Assembly: GCA_016432325.1 (NCBI GenBank)
Contig: CP066684.1
Coordinates: forward strand, 96,001-160,000
Source: Candidatus Aenigmatarchaeota archaeon
Lineage (GTDB): Archaea; Aenigmatarchaeota; Aenigmatarchaeia; PWEA01; JACQIF01
Direction: 5' to 3'
DNA: 64,000 nt
This document shows, one piece after another, positions 8,366-17,678 of this stretch. Numbering within the stretch: the first letter of the stretch is position 1; the number at the start of each line of letters is the position of its first letter. The position numbers were made by a program, and so were the translations under genes. The notes beneath the pieces were generated by a model that searched no databases, was not told where the DNA came from, and was given only the letters and a program-made list of their open reading frames with translations.

Positions 8366-10006
8366 ATGCGTCTCAAGGGCATCTCGGGCCTTATGGTTGC
8401 CATCTTCCTGACGCTGATAGCCGTAGGACTGGCCTTCGCTTTCCTTGTCTTCGGTCGTTCAACTCAGGAGACCTTCGAAAAGGAGGTAGGCGGAGGAGTG
8501 GAAGGGCAGATAAGCTCTCTGCAGAGCGGGTTGGCAATAGCGAACGTCAACGCGAACAACGTCACTGTGAAGAACACCGGTCGCACGAACCTCGACGTCT
8601 CTAAGATTGACGTGCTTCTGGACGGGAAAAAGGCGTCGACGTCCGCGACAGCTGCCACGATTGTTCCGGGCGGCACTGCGGTCCTAACGTTGACGGGTTT
8701 TGTTCCTGGTGTGCATGCAGTTCGTGTGACAGGACCCGGAGGCGTCGGAGACGAAGGCGACTTCGGAGTCGCACCGTCTGGCGTCGTCGCGCTGTGGGAT
8801 TTTGAAGACGAAGACGCGAATCCGGACGATTCGGTCGGGACGAACAACGGCAGACTCAACGGTTCGACCGTGCTGCTCTTGCACTTCGACGAGGGCGCCG
8901 GAACAAAGGCTTACGACTCGACAAACTACAAGAACGACGGCACGTTTGTGAATAATGCTCTTTGGGGAGCCGGAGTGTCCGGCAACGGCGTGAAGCTCGA
9001 CGGCGTCGCCGCCAGCATTACGGTGCCGAATTCGCCTTCAGTAAACAATATTGGACTGTTCACAACAGAGGCGTGGTTCAGGTGGGACGCCCAAGGAGTC
9101 TCTCAGGTTCTCGTAACAAAATCAGACGCCCATCTCTACATAAGCGGCGCAAACGTGCTGAGCTCGTACTTCGGGGGATCCCCGTGCGCTTCCGGCGTCT
9201 CAATATCCAGAGGAGCGTGGTACCATAGCGCCGTAACTTTTGACGGCACCAACGTGAGGATTTACGTCAACGGGGACCTCAAGGCCACGTGCGCGCGGAC
9301 AGGCAACACAGGCACCGCGAACCTATTCGTCGGGCAGAACGGAATAGGCGGCCAGTTTTTCAACGGCACAATAGACGAGGTCGCGATACATGGGCGTGCA
9401 CTGTCTGCGGACGAAGTTGGTTCGCACTACGACGCGAAGCGCGCGCTGTTCTCCGAATACGTCAAGGGCTTCGCAGGAACGGCCGTGCGCTTTGACGGGG
9501 TTAATGATGATGTGGAAGTGCCCAAATCTGCCGCGCTCGATCCGGGCGCGCAGGTCAGCCTTGAAACGTGGATAAAGAGCGATCCGTCGAATCCCATGAA
9601 CACGTGCTGCCAGGGTCTTGTATCGACGGACTTCTACAACATCGGCGTGTCGACCGGCGGCGTTTATTTCGCCATAAGCTCGAACAGCGGAGCCAGCTAC
9701 CCCTTCACCGGCACGGTCGCGGTCTCCTCGGGCGTGTGGCACCATATCGTCGGAACCTATGACGGCACGGCTGTGCGGCTGTACGTTGACGGCGCGCAGG
9801 CGGCGAGCGCTCCGGCCTCTGGCGCGGTTTCGCCGATGATGGCCAACAGTTTCCTTACCGTGGCGTCCGAGGACGGTAGGACAGCATGCGGCGCTCAGTG
9901 CATAGGCGTCCGCTACTTCAGGGGCGACGTGCAATACGCCGCGGTCTACAATCGCGCCCTGAGTGCGCAGGAGATAAAATCCATATACGATGCATCCACG
10001 GCTTGA
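8366..10006 (+). CDS. Type IV pilin-like adhesin with two LamG domains
   Basis: KG/ISGLMVAIFL class III signal; two LamG sets (WYHSAVTFDG...FNGTIDEVAI; WHHIVGTYDG...FRGDVQYAAVYNRAL). Confidence 0.85.
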   Translation: MRLKGISGLMVAIFLTLIAVGLAFAFLVFGRSTQETFEKEVGGGVEGQISSLQSGLAIANVNANNVTVKNTGRTNLDVSKIDVLLDGKKASTSATAATIVPGGTAVLTLTGFVPGVHAVRVTGPGGVGDEGDFGVAPSGVVALWDFEDEDANPDDSVGTNNGRLNGSTVLLLHFDEGAGTKAYDSTNYKNDGTFVNNALWGAGVSGNGVKLDGVAASITVPNSPSVNNIGLFTTEAWFRWDAQGVSQVLVTKSDAHLYISGANVLSSYFGGSPCASGVSISRGAWYHSAVTFDGTNVRIYVNGDLKATCARTGNTGTANLFVGQNGIGGQFFNGTIDEVAIHGRALSADEVGSHYDAKRALFSEYVKGFAGTAVRFDGVNDDVEVPKSAALDPGAQVSLETWIKSDPSNPMNTCCQGLVSTDFYNIGVSTGGVYFAISSNSGASYPFTGTVAVSSGVWHHIVGTYDGTAVRLYVDGAQAASAPASGAVSPMMANSFLTVASEDGRTACGAQCIGVRYFRGDVQYAAVYNRALSAQEIKSIYDASTA

Positions 10007-10049
10007 TATTTTATAGTGGTTCGTACATACGTGATAGGAGTTGCACGAA

Positions 10050-12311
10050 ATGGCAGACGCCGTCCCCGAAGCCCCGCCGAGATACGAGCTAAAAGACACC
10101 ACGCTGCGCGTGCGGCCTGCAGGACTTCTGTACGAGTCTGGCGTTGAGGACTCTGATGCGTGCATGGCGCAGGTCGTGGACGCGCTGGCGAAGAACAAGA
10201 GCGCGCAGAGCGTTGCGGTCGTGGGAACGCGCGAGTACGAGTACAGCCTTGAAGAGACGCAGATGCTCAAGGATGTCGCGCGCGCCCTTGAAGAGATAAT
10301 CCGCGGGGCGTATCTCAGCGTCCACACGCTCGGAGAGTACAGAGACTACGTCGCTGACGACTTTGCGTACGTGCAAGCGCTCGTGATGACGAAGCTCTTG
10401 GGCGACCCTCTGGGCGTCTACGTCGACCTCAAGCGCCGCACCCGCCACATCAACGTCCGCGCGCGTTCCGTGGAAGGCAAGCGAACGGAGGCGTACAACT
10501 CCCTTATGAACAACGTCATCGTCCCTGTCCTGCAAATATTGGAGAACACGTCTCTCGTGCGCAACGCGAAACCGTTCCTCACCGGCTACAAGATAGGCGA
10601 TCGATCGGCGTACCGCCAGCTTTTCCACCCGACGGTGCGGCCCGTATTCATGCAGACGCGCTACCAGACGGAGATGCCGGAAGGCGCGGAGATAGTGGAT
10701 CGCTATGCGCTTCGGGACGGCGTTGAAGTTGAAATCTACCGCGTACGCGGCTCCGTGCGCTACGTGTACCACGCGATTCCGCCTGAGTTCCGCCTGAGCG
10801 AGGATCAGTATACGATTCTGGACGCGGCCCGGCGCTATATGATAGAACACAAGCCGCGGGAGATCGAATTCGCAGACCCCGAACGCATGCGGGAGATCTT
10901 CGCGAACATAGGCCGCGATCTCGTGACGGACATAGCAAACCAAATGGGACTGTCGCTGACACGCGATGAGACGGAACGCCTGACGTCCATACTGACGCGC
11001 TACACGGCGGGTCTTGGAGTCCTGGAGATACTGCTCTCCGACGAGAAGATACAAGACGTCTACATCAATTCGCCCATCGGGCAAAATCCGATATACGTTT
11101 TCCATCAGGACTATCAGGAGTGCGTAACGAACTTCATACCGACGCAGGAAGACGCGGAGTCCTGGGCCACGCGCTTCCGCCTCGTCTCCGGACGCCCGCT
11201 GGACGAAGCAAATCCCGTTCTCGATACGGAAGTGGTCGTGCCGGGAGGACGCGCAAGGGTCGCGATAGTGACGCGCACGCTTTCGCCGCAGGGGCTCGGG
11301 TTCTCGCTGCGCAGGCACAGGGACGATCCGTGGACCTACCCGCTGTTCATACACCCGAAGACCAGATATTTCAACGAGTTGTTCGCCGGACTCATGTCTT
11401 TCATCGTAGACTATTCGCGCACGTTCTTGATAGCGGGCACGCGTTCGTCGGGCAAGACGTCGCTGCTCAACGCCTCGCTGCTCGAGGTGATGCGCAAATA
11501 CCGCATCGTCACTGTGGAAGACACGCTTGAAATTCCTGTCAACCGCCTGCGCGCTCTTGGCTACAACGTGGAGTCATTGAAGTCGCGTTCTGTGATAACG
11601 CAGGTCGAGACCGAATTGCCGGCGGACGAGGCGATACGCACGTCGCTGCGTCTCGGCGACTCTGTCCTCATAATAGGAGAAGTGCGTTCACTCGAAGCGA
11701 AAGCCCTGTACGAGGCGATGCGCATCGGCGCTTTGGCAAATACGGTCGCAGGAACGATACACGGCGACTCTCCTTACGGCGTGTTTGATCGCGTCGTGAA
11801 CGACCTCGGCGTTCCTCCCACCTCGTTCAAGGCGACGGACCTCATAATAATATGCAACATGATGAAGAGCGCCGACGGCATCCACCGCTTCCGTCGCGTG
11901 ACGAGCGTGACGGAAGTGCGCAAGCACTGGAAGAACGACCCCCAGGAAGAGGGAGGGTTCGTGCCTCTCTTGCAGTACTCTTCCAAGGAAGACATTCTCA
12001 AGCCGACGGACACGCTCCTGAACGGCGAGTCTTTCATACTCAACGAAGTCGCGTCGTCCGTGCGCGAGTGGTCGGGCAACTGGCAGGACGTCTGGGAGAA
12101 CATCCTCTTGCGCGGCAGGATAAAGAAAGCAATAACAGAATACGCGATCGCGAGCGGCAAGCCGGACTTCATGGAAGCGCCCTTCGTCGTCGAGTCGAAC
12201 GACATCTTTCACCTCGTTTCCGAGCAGCTGCGCGCGGAAACAGGCTCGATACCGGCGGAGCGCGCGTACAACGCGTGGTACGACTGGTTCAAGGCGCGCG
12301 TGAAGTACTAG
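10050..12311 (+). CDS. Type IV pilus/secretion assembly ATPase (VirB11/CpaF/ArlI family)
   Basis: Walker A GTRSSGKTS, Asp box VEDTLE, Walker B IIGEVR, His box GTIHG. Confidence 0.93.
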   Translation: MADAVPEAPPRYELKDTTLRVRPAGLLYESGVEDSDACMAQVVDALAKNKSAQSVAVVGTREYEYSLEETQMLKDVARALEEIIRGAYLSVHTLGEYRDYVADDFAYVQALVMTKLLGDPLGVYVDLKRRTRHINVRARSVEGKRTEAYNSLMNNVIVPVLQILENTSLVRNAKPFLTGYKIGDRSAYRQLFHPTVRPVFMQTRYQTEMPEGAEIVDRYALRDGVEVEIYRVRGSVRYVYHAIPPEFRLSEDQYTILDAARRYMIEHKPREIEFADPERMREIFANIGRDLVTDIANQMGLSLTRDETERLTSILTRYTAGLGVLEILLSDEKIQDVYINSPIGQNPIYVFHQDYQECVTNFIPTQEDAESWATRFRLVSGRPLDEANPVLDTEVVVPGGRARVAIVTRTLSPQGLGFSLRRHRDDPWTYPLFIHPKTRYFNELFAGLMSFIVDYSRTFLIAGTRSSGKTSLLNASLLEVMRKYRIVTVEDTLEIPVNRLRALGYNVESLKSRSVITQVETELPADEAIRTSLRLGDSVLIIGEVRSLEAKALYEAMRIGALANTVAGTIHGDSPYGVFDRVVNDLGVPPTSFKATDLIIICNMMKSADGIHRFRRVTSVTEVRKHWKNDPQEEGGFVPLLQYSSKEDILKPTDTLLNGESFILNEVASSVREWSGNWQDVWENILLRGRIKKAITEYAIASGKPDFMEAPFVVESNDIFHLVSEQLRAETGSIPAERAYNAWYDWFKARVKY

Positions 12312-12604
12312 CGCACTCCAATCCCGAACATCACACGCAGTTCTTCCGAAGGCTGCCACGGCGGGTCGAAGACCACTTCCACGTTTACGTCGCTGACGCC
12401 TTCCAGAGCGCGCACGCGTTTCTTCATGTCGTCCACGAGAGCGGGTCCGTACGGGCAGAAAGGAGTCGTGAAGGTCATCCTGATGTAGACGGAGCCGTTT
12501 TCGACGCGCACTTCATAGACCAGATTGAGCGTTATGATGTCCATTCCTATTTCAGGGTCCTTGACCTGTTTCAGGACGTTCGTGACCTCTTCTTTGGTCG
12601 GCAT
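12308..12604 (-). CDS. DUF59/SufT (PaaD-like) Fe-S assembly protein
   Basis: VKDPEIG.DII.LNLVY, MTFTTPFCP and VFDPPW motifs. Confidence 0.9.
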   Translation of the reverse strand: MPTKEEVTNVLKQVKDPEIGMDIITLNLVYEVRVENGSVYIRMTFTTPFCPYGPALVDDMKKRVRALEGVSDVNVEVVFDPPWQPSEELRVMFGIGVR

Positions 12605-12670
12605 GAGAAGGATAGGAAAGGCACGCTTAAATATTGACTTTTATTAACCGCCCGCTTCAAGTTAGACAAT

Positions 12671-12727
12671 ATGGCAGAAACAGATGTTTCGTATCTACAG
12701 CTCAGATACGCAAAGAGGGACCCGTAG
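12671..12727 (+). promoter_or_regulatory. 18-codon upstream ORF/leader with two hairpins
   Basis: MAETDVSYLQLRYAKRDP* abuts ATG 12728; hairpins GAAAC-AGAT-GTTTC and CGTATCT-N7-AGATACG. Confidence 0.6.
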
Positions 12728-14809
12728 ATGGCCGGCGATAAGAAGAAAGGACCTTCTCCGGAAGAGATAAGACGGGAAGAGATTACGCGAATCCTGCGGG
12801 AAGAACGCATGCGGCTGCCCGTGCGCGAGTCGCAAGCCGCTCCTAACACGGCGTTTACGAGTAGGGAGTACCAGACGTTCATGGCGGAGGAGCGCTTCAG
12901 GGAGAAGCCGACCCTGTACGAGCGCGCAGCGCGCCTCGCCGGCCGTCTGAATCTGGAGCCCGACGCCGATACGAAAAAGCAGATGGAAGAGAACATAAAG
13001 TTCGCGCATCTTGACGTTACGCCTGCCGGAGCGTTCTCCCTTGCAATAGTAACGCCGATGCTGATAGCGGTCTTCGCGACTCTCGTGTTCTTCCTGCGGG
13101 TCGTCGGACTCACGGAGACGATGACTCTGTTCATGGGTTCGATTATCGCGTTTTACCATCTCTACAACTATCCGAAGAGCGCGGCCAAGATATTCCGCGT
13201 CAAGGCGGCGTCCGAAATAATACTTGCAGTAATCTACATGGTCATCTACATGCGTTCGTCTCCGAACCTCGAGGGCGCGATTAGATACGCGGCCGTCAAC
13301 CTGACGGGCCCGTTGGCGTACGATCTTCGCAAGCTCCTGTGGGACGTCGAAACGGGAAGGTACGCGACGATGGAGGACGCGCTCGATACGTACCTCTTGA
13401 GGTGGAAGACCAACGAAGAGTTTATAGAGTCGATAAATCTGATTCGCAATTCGATGGAGCAGCCGGAGTCGCGGCGCCACGCGGTTTTGGACGAGGCGGT
13501 GAACGTCGCTCTTACAGGAACGCGGGAGAAGATGCAGAAGTATTCGCAGTCTCTGAGAATGCCTGTGACGCTCATCCACACGATGGGCATCATCCTTCCG
13601 ATACTCATACTGGTTATGTTCCCTGTTCTGATTTTGTTCCTGGGAAAGCAGCTGAACCCGTGGGTTCTCGTGATCGGTTACGACGTCGTGTTGCCGATAA
13701 TAATCTACCTGCTGATTATGCGCGTGATGGAGAGCAGGCCCGTGGGGTTCTCCGTTCCTGACGTGTCTCTGCATCCGAAGTTCACGCCTCTCGGCAAGGT
13801 GAAAATCGGGGGGAAGCTCTACCAGATGTGGCCGTTCACAGCGGCGCTGACGTTCGCGCTCGTCGGGATATGCGCGTATTTCCTGGTGCCCGTGTACGAC
13901 AAGATAACCCTTGAGGCCCTAGGCCTTTCTGTGGCCGTGACCTGGGCGCTGGGCATCGGCATGATGGTCCACTTCCTGACCGGCACATCAGGACTGCTCA
14001 AGATACGCGGAGAGATAAAGAAGATTCAGGATGAGTTCGGCGAAGCACTGTTCCGTCTCGGAAACACGCTCTCTCTTGGAGCGCCTCTTGAAAAGGCGAT
14101 AGAAGACACCGTGCAGAAGTCCGCGGACCTGTCGATATCCGAGCTCTTCAGGCGCGTATTGAACAACGTGCGCCAGGGCCAGCTAAGCTTCGAGGCCGCG
14201 TTCTTCGACAAGCGCTACGGCGCGATATGGGACTATCCTTCGAAACTGATAATCAACGTGATGCACATCGTGATTGAAGCGACAAAGAAAGGGGTGCGCA
14301 TCGGCGCGAACTCGGCGATCGCAATTTCAAAATACATCCGCCAGATCCACGCCATAGACGAGGATCTGCGCGACATGCTTTCCGAGGCGACGACGAGCAT
14401 GCGATTCATGTCCGCGTTCCTCGGGCCTATGATAGCCGGCGTCACGGTCACGATGGCCGGCGTGATGATGCTGATATTCCAGCAGCTCGGCGCGAGTATC
14501 GCGGGCCTGCAGAACACGAACGTCCCGGGCTTCAGCCAGCTGCTGATAGGAGGCTGGGGAGAGTCCGTGGCGCAGATGCCCATCGCGGTCTTCCAACTCG
14601 TTGTTGGAATCTACATCCTTGAGATGATTTACCTCCTGTCGGTTCTGGAGATAGGAATAGAGAGCGGACCCGACGACATCGTGCAGATGCGCCACACCGC
14701 GGCGTGGTCTATATTAATAGGACTTTTGGTATACAGTTTCAGCCTCGTGATAACATGGTCCATCTTCGGAGCGTCTATACAATCCTTGATAACAGGAGGC
14801 GCGCTTTAG
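12728..14809 (+). CDS. Pilus membrane platform protein (TadB/TadC/ArlJ-like, two T2SSF-type halves)
   Basis: Two cytoplasmic domains (SSPNLEGAI; EFGEALFRLGN...GAPLEKA) each followed by TM helices; in the ATPase locus. Confidence 0.85.
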   Translation: MAGDKKKGPSPEEIRREEITRILREERMRLPVRESQAAPNTAFTSREYQTFMAEERFREKPTLYERAARLAGRLNLEPDADTKKQMEENIKFAHLDVTPAGAFSLAIVTPMLIAVFATLVFFLRVVGLTETMTLFMGSIIAFYHLYNYPKSAAKIFRVKAASEIILAVIYMVIYMRSSPNLEGAIRYAAVNLTGPLAYDLRKLLWDVETGRYATMEDALDTYLLRWKTNEEFIESINLIRNSMEQPESRRHAVLDEAVNVALTGTREKMQKYSQSLRMPVTLIHTMGIILPILILVMFPVLILFLGKQLNPWVLVIGYDVVLPIIIYLLIMRVMESRPVGFSVPDVSLHPKFTPLGKVKIGGKLYQMWPFTAALTFALVGICAYFLVPVYDKITLEALGLSVAVTWALGIGMMVHFLTGTSGLLKIRGEIKKIQDEFGEALFRLGNTLSLGAPLEKAIEDTVQKSADLSISELFRRVLNNVRQGQLSFEAAFFDKRYGAIWDYPSKLIINVMHIVIEATKKGVRIGANSAIAISKYIRQIHAIDEDLRDMLSEATTSMRFMSAFLGPMIAGVTVTMAGVMMLIFQQLGASIAGLQNTNVPGFSQLLIGGWGESVAQMPIAVFQLVVGIYILEMIYLLSVLEIGIESGPDDIVQMRHTAAWSILIGLLVYSFSLVITWSIFGASIQSLITGGAL

Positions 14810-14934
14810 GCGGAAAGGGAGACATTTCGATAGGACTGACCAAGTGGCTTGAGCTGATCGTAGCGGCTATCGCCGTGGTCTTGGTGCTGATAATGGCGTG
14901 GGGCCAGCTGTGCCATCTCGCCAACGCGTGTTAG
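14755..14934 (+). CDS. Small pilin-like protein (start uncertain)
   Basis: GGKG/DISIGLTKWLELIVAAIAVVLVLIM plus terminal Cys pair; nearest ATG lies inside the platform gene. Confidence 0.5.
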   Translation: MVHLRSVYTILDNRRRALGGKGDISIGLTKWLELIVAAIAVVLVLIMAWGQLCHLANAC

Positions 14935-15039
14935 GTGGTTATCATCGAACTATTGAAACTGCGTCTCGGAACGCCGCGTTCCGAGTATTTCGAACCGAAG
15001 TTCGAAAAGTTTCAAAGTTCCTCCAGAAGGTGCGTATAA
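14935..15039 (+). repeat. Three-way-junction leader element traversed by a 34-aa coupled ORF
   Basis: GTG directly after upstream TAG; MVIIELLKLRLGTPRSEYFEPKFEKFQSSSRRCV* ends TAA right before ATG 15040; contains TTTCGAAC-N4-GTTCGAAA. Confidence 0.7.
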
Positions 15040-15183
15040 ATGGAACTACCGACAGGAATAATAGTAGCGGTCGTCCTGATAATAGCAATGGCAGTCTTGC
15101 TGCTGTCTGCCGGCGGACAGGTGGCGCAGGCCGGCGTCAAGGTCATAAGCGACTGCGGAATATACTGCGCTATAAAAGGGTGA
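15040..15183 (+). CDS. 47-aa pilin-like protein lacking a basic leader (not in ORF track)
   Basis: MELPTGIIVAVVLIIAMAVLLLSAGGQVAQAGVKVISDCGIYCAIKG; resembles the mature N-termini LELPT/IELPV of the pilins at 22075/22389. Confidence 0.7.
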   Translation: MELPTGIIVAVVLIIAMAVLLLSAGGQVAQAGVKVISDCGIYCAIKG

Positions 15184-15187
15184 TTGA

Positions 15188-15379
15188 ATGGCGTACAACT
15201 GGACGACCATCGCGTTGGCTGTCATACTGTTCCTGATAGTCGCCGTGGTCGTGATAGCCGGCACAGCGCAGGCAGGACAAGCGGTCGGCCAGTCAGGCGG
15301 CGGAGGCGCATGCAACATCTACTGCGTGATGAGAGACGCGATACAGCCTCTTCCGGCGCCGGGCTTCTGCGGGTGTTGA
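15188..15379 (+). CDS. Small pilin-like protein, Cys-rich tail
   Basis: N-terminal TM, AQAG and CNIYC, similar to the 15040 protein. Confidence 0.65.
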   Translation: MAYNWTTIALAVILFLIVAVVVIAGTAQAGQAVGQSGGGGACNIYCVMRDAIQPLPAPGFCGC

Positions 15380-15380
15380 T

Positions 15381-15587
15381 ATGAAGTTACGTCTCAAAAA
15401 TGGCGCGTCGGGCCGGCAAACGGGCGCAAAAGGAGATTCGAACATAGTCTGGTGGCTCGGCGCATTCCTGATAGCGTTGATCGTTCTGGTTGTTATCGTG
15501 CTGCTCACGCAGAACACGCAGAGTACGGCGCAGGCCGGTTGGGAAGGCGTAAAGGACCGTCTGCGGGGCATAACGGGGTTGGGCTGA
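15381..15587 (+). CDS. Small pilin (class III signal peptide)
   Basis: AKG/DSNIVWWLGAFLIALIVLVVIVLL. Confidence 0.65.
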   Translation: MKLRLKNGASGRQTGAKGDSNIVWWLGAFLIALIVLVVIVLLTQNTQSTAQAGWEGVKDRLRGITGLG

Positions 15588-15757
15588 TGGACTCCAGAGG
15601 AGACGTGCAGTACTTCATGCTGGCCATAGTATCTTTCGTTATAATCCTTCTCGTGGCGATATCCCTGCTGATACTGTTCGGCGGTGACGCGGGCAAGCAG
15701 ATGGAATGCGCCATTGGATTGTTCCAGGCCACGGGCTGCCCGACGCAGGTGACGTAA
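15587..15757 (+). CDS. Small pilin (class III signal peptide)
   Basis: MDSRG/DVQYFMLAIV...; TGATG coupling; Cys pair. Confidence 0.65.
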   Translation: MDSRGDVQYFMLAIVSFVIILLVAISLLILFGGDAGKQMECAIGLFQATGCPTQVT

Positions 15758-15921
15758 TGGTGTTCTCGGCGGCAGAAAGCAAGTTCGCGCTCGTGATAGG
15801 GATAGTCGTGATGCTCATAGTCATCGCGGGAATCTTCATCTTCCTTTCCACGCAGCTCTCGCCCGAGTTCGGAACGTACGTCAATAACCTGAACTTCAAC
15901 TTCGAACTGCGGCACAGATAG
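15757..15921 (+). CDS. Small pilin-like membrane protein
   Basis: TAATG coupling; single hydrophobic helix. Confidence 0.55.
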   Translation: MVFSAAESKFALVIGIVVMLIVIAGIFIFLSTQLSPEFGTYVNNLNFNFELRHR

Positions 15922-16004
15922 AACTCATAAACCCCCTTTCCACTCGACGTGGTTTTTAAACGCGACGCGCGAACTATTAAATCCTCCTTATCCGTACTAG
16001 GCGC

Positions 16005-16454
16005 ATGGCCGCTCTCAAGTACATAATAATAGCTGGTCTTCTCGGCGCCGCGCTTGCCGTGGCGGGCTTCGCGGCGGCGACAGGCGGCTTCGAGAGGGAG
16101 GCGGAGCGCAGCGCGCTAATCGCGGCTTTCCCGATAACAGAACGCATAACCTCGGGCGTGAACCTGATGCTCTCTCAGGAGGAAACGGGTTTCATCGAGG
16201 TCGCTCTGCCGCCGATAAGATGCGAGATTGCGTTCAACGAGCCTTATGTCGAAACGACCGTACGCAGAGGCGATATTTCTCAATCGTACGGCCTGTTCGT
16301 TTTCGGTGGCGTCAATCTGAACGTGAATCCGATAGAATGCCCGACAGAGGCCGAGCTTAAGGACGGCAAGAAGGTGCGCGTCAATATTACGCGCATTGAC
16401 GTCGGCGGGCCAGTGTTCGTCAAGAGAGTTGTCCTGGAGGGGACGGTCTTATGA
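16005..16454 (+). CDS. Minor pilin-like protein
   Basis: N-terminal TM plus beta-rich domain; own TATA-like box at ~15975. Confidence 0.6.
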   Translation: MAALKYIIIAGLLGAALAVAGFAAATGGFEREAERSALIAAFPITERITSGVNLMLSQEETGFIEVALPPIRCEIAFNEPYVETTVRRGDISQSYGLFVFGGVNLNVNPIECPTEAELKDGKKVRVNITRIDVGGPVFVKRVVLEGTVL

Positions 16455-17224
16455 AAGGCGCTGCTCTATCAAAGCCGATCTTCCTCTTTTTCGCAATTCT
16501 GTTCTTCGTGATAATGATGGTCTTTCTCATAGCCAGCTTCAACATCACGCCTACTGAAATCAATACCGCATCGAAAGAGATCGTTGCCGTTGACATACTT
16601 CACAGGCTGACGTCGTCGGATGCGTGCCTGAGTACGGGAGAGGCAGGAATACTTGACGCCGTCAAACTTCAGGACGCGGTCAACGGCGGCAGGGAACATA
16701 GTTGCGCGTACGTTCCTAATGCGGGCTACCACGTGCACGTCACAGACCTTCGCACGGATGACGAGTGGGCTTTCGGTTACGACACACCCGACGACTCTAT
16801 AGAAACGAAACACGCAGTCGCAATACAATACAACGACGGTTCTGTGAATCCCGGAGAGCTCACGTTCGCGTACTCGTACAGGGACGCGGATCTGCTTTTG
16901 TTCATAACAGGCCAGGCTTCGCAGACGTTCTACAGAGGGGACAATTACGACAACAGGAGAAAGGCCGAGTTCACGATAGGAAAGAGAGAGACCTTCAGCA
17001 GAAACGGCGTGTACAACGAAGTCTCGACTCTCTGCATGACGCGTCAAGACGAGGAGGAGAGATGCAAGGACCTGCCTGCCGGAGTGCGTGTCATTGTCGA
17101 TGGAGTGTTGCCGGCATACCCTTCTGTTCTTGAACAGACCAAAAACAAAATAATAACGTGGAGGGAAGGAGACGTGGTCCATGTGGTCGTCTGCGGCGTC
17201 ACAAGCTGCGGAACATACGGTTGA
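16451..17224 (+). CDS. Minor pilin-like protein
   Basis: MKG/AALSKPIFLFFAILF; several Cys. Confidence 0.7.
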   Translation: MKGAALSKPIFLFFAILFFVIMMVFLIASFNITPTEINTASKEIVAVDILHRLTSSDACLSTGEAGILDAVKLQDAVNGGREHSCAYVPNAGYHVHVTDLRTDDEWAFGYDTPDDSIETKHAVAIQYNDGSVNPGELTFAYSYRDADLLLFITGQASQTFYRGDNYDNRRKAEFTIGKRETFSRNGVYNEVSTLCMTRQDEEERCKDLPAGVRVIVDGVLPAYPSVLEQTKNKIITWREGDVVHVVVCGVTSCGTYG

Positions 17225-17228
17225 TATC

Positions 17229-17678
17229 ATGAAAGGACAGATAGTTACGAATCTCGTGATGATAGCGATACTGGCGATAATGGCAGTCGCCTCCATAGGC
17301 TTCTTCATATGTGTGAACGTCGGCGACGCTTGCAGCCTCGCCAAGAAGGGCGGCTTTGAGAGCGAGGTGACGGAGAACTTCCTGACAGACTCGCAGGCGC
17401 AGTCGGAGCTCAACGCATATCTTGCCGTTAAAGACATGGACGATAACGTCGCGACTCTCTGGCTGCTTTACAAGACTACAGGCGACGCCGGCTACAAGGA
17501 CCGCGCCAAGACCGTTTATGAAACGATGTTCGCCAACAGGCAGACGCGTCTTTTCGTCGATAGAGAATCGTTTGCGACGCGAGACTGTTCTCCTGAATTG
17601 AACGACCCGTCGGCCACGCGCAAGATTCCGCTGCCGTCGGGCCAGCAGATGTCAATGACGCTGGGGTTGTGTCGATGA
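17229..17678 (+). CDS. Minor pilin-like protein
   Basis: MKG/QIVTNLVMIAILAIM class III signal. Confidence 0.7.
   Translation: MKGQIVTNLVMIAILAIMAVASIGFFICVNVGDACSLAKKGGFESEVTENFLTDSQAQSELNAYLAVKDMDDNVATLWLLYKTTGDAGYKDRAKTVYETMFANRQTRLFVDRESFATRDCSPELNDPSATRKIPLPSGQQMSMTLGLCR

Noticed and set aside
10089-11354. Long antisense ORFs (also 12695-13774, 24683-25711, 59576-60781)
   Set aside because: Shadows of well-supported genes in GC-rich DNA; no motifs
12671-12727. Hammerhead ribozyme (GAAAC)
   Set aside because: No CUGANGA core found near the copies examined
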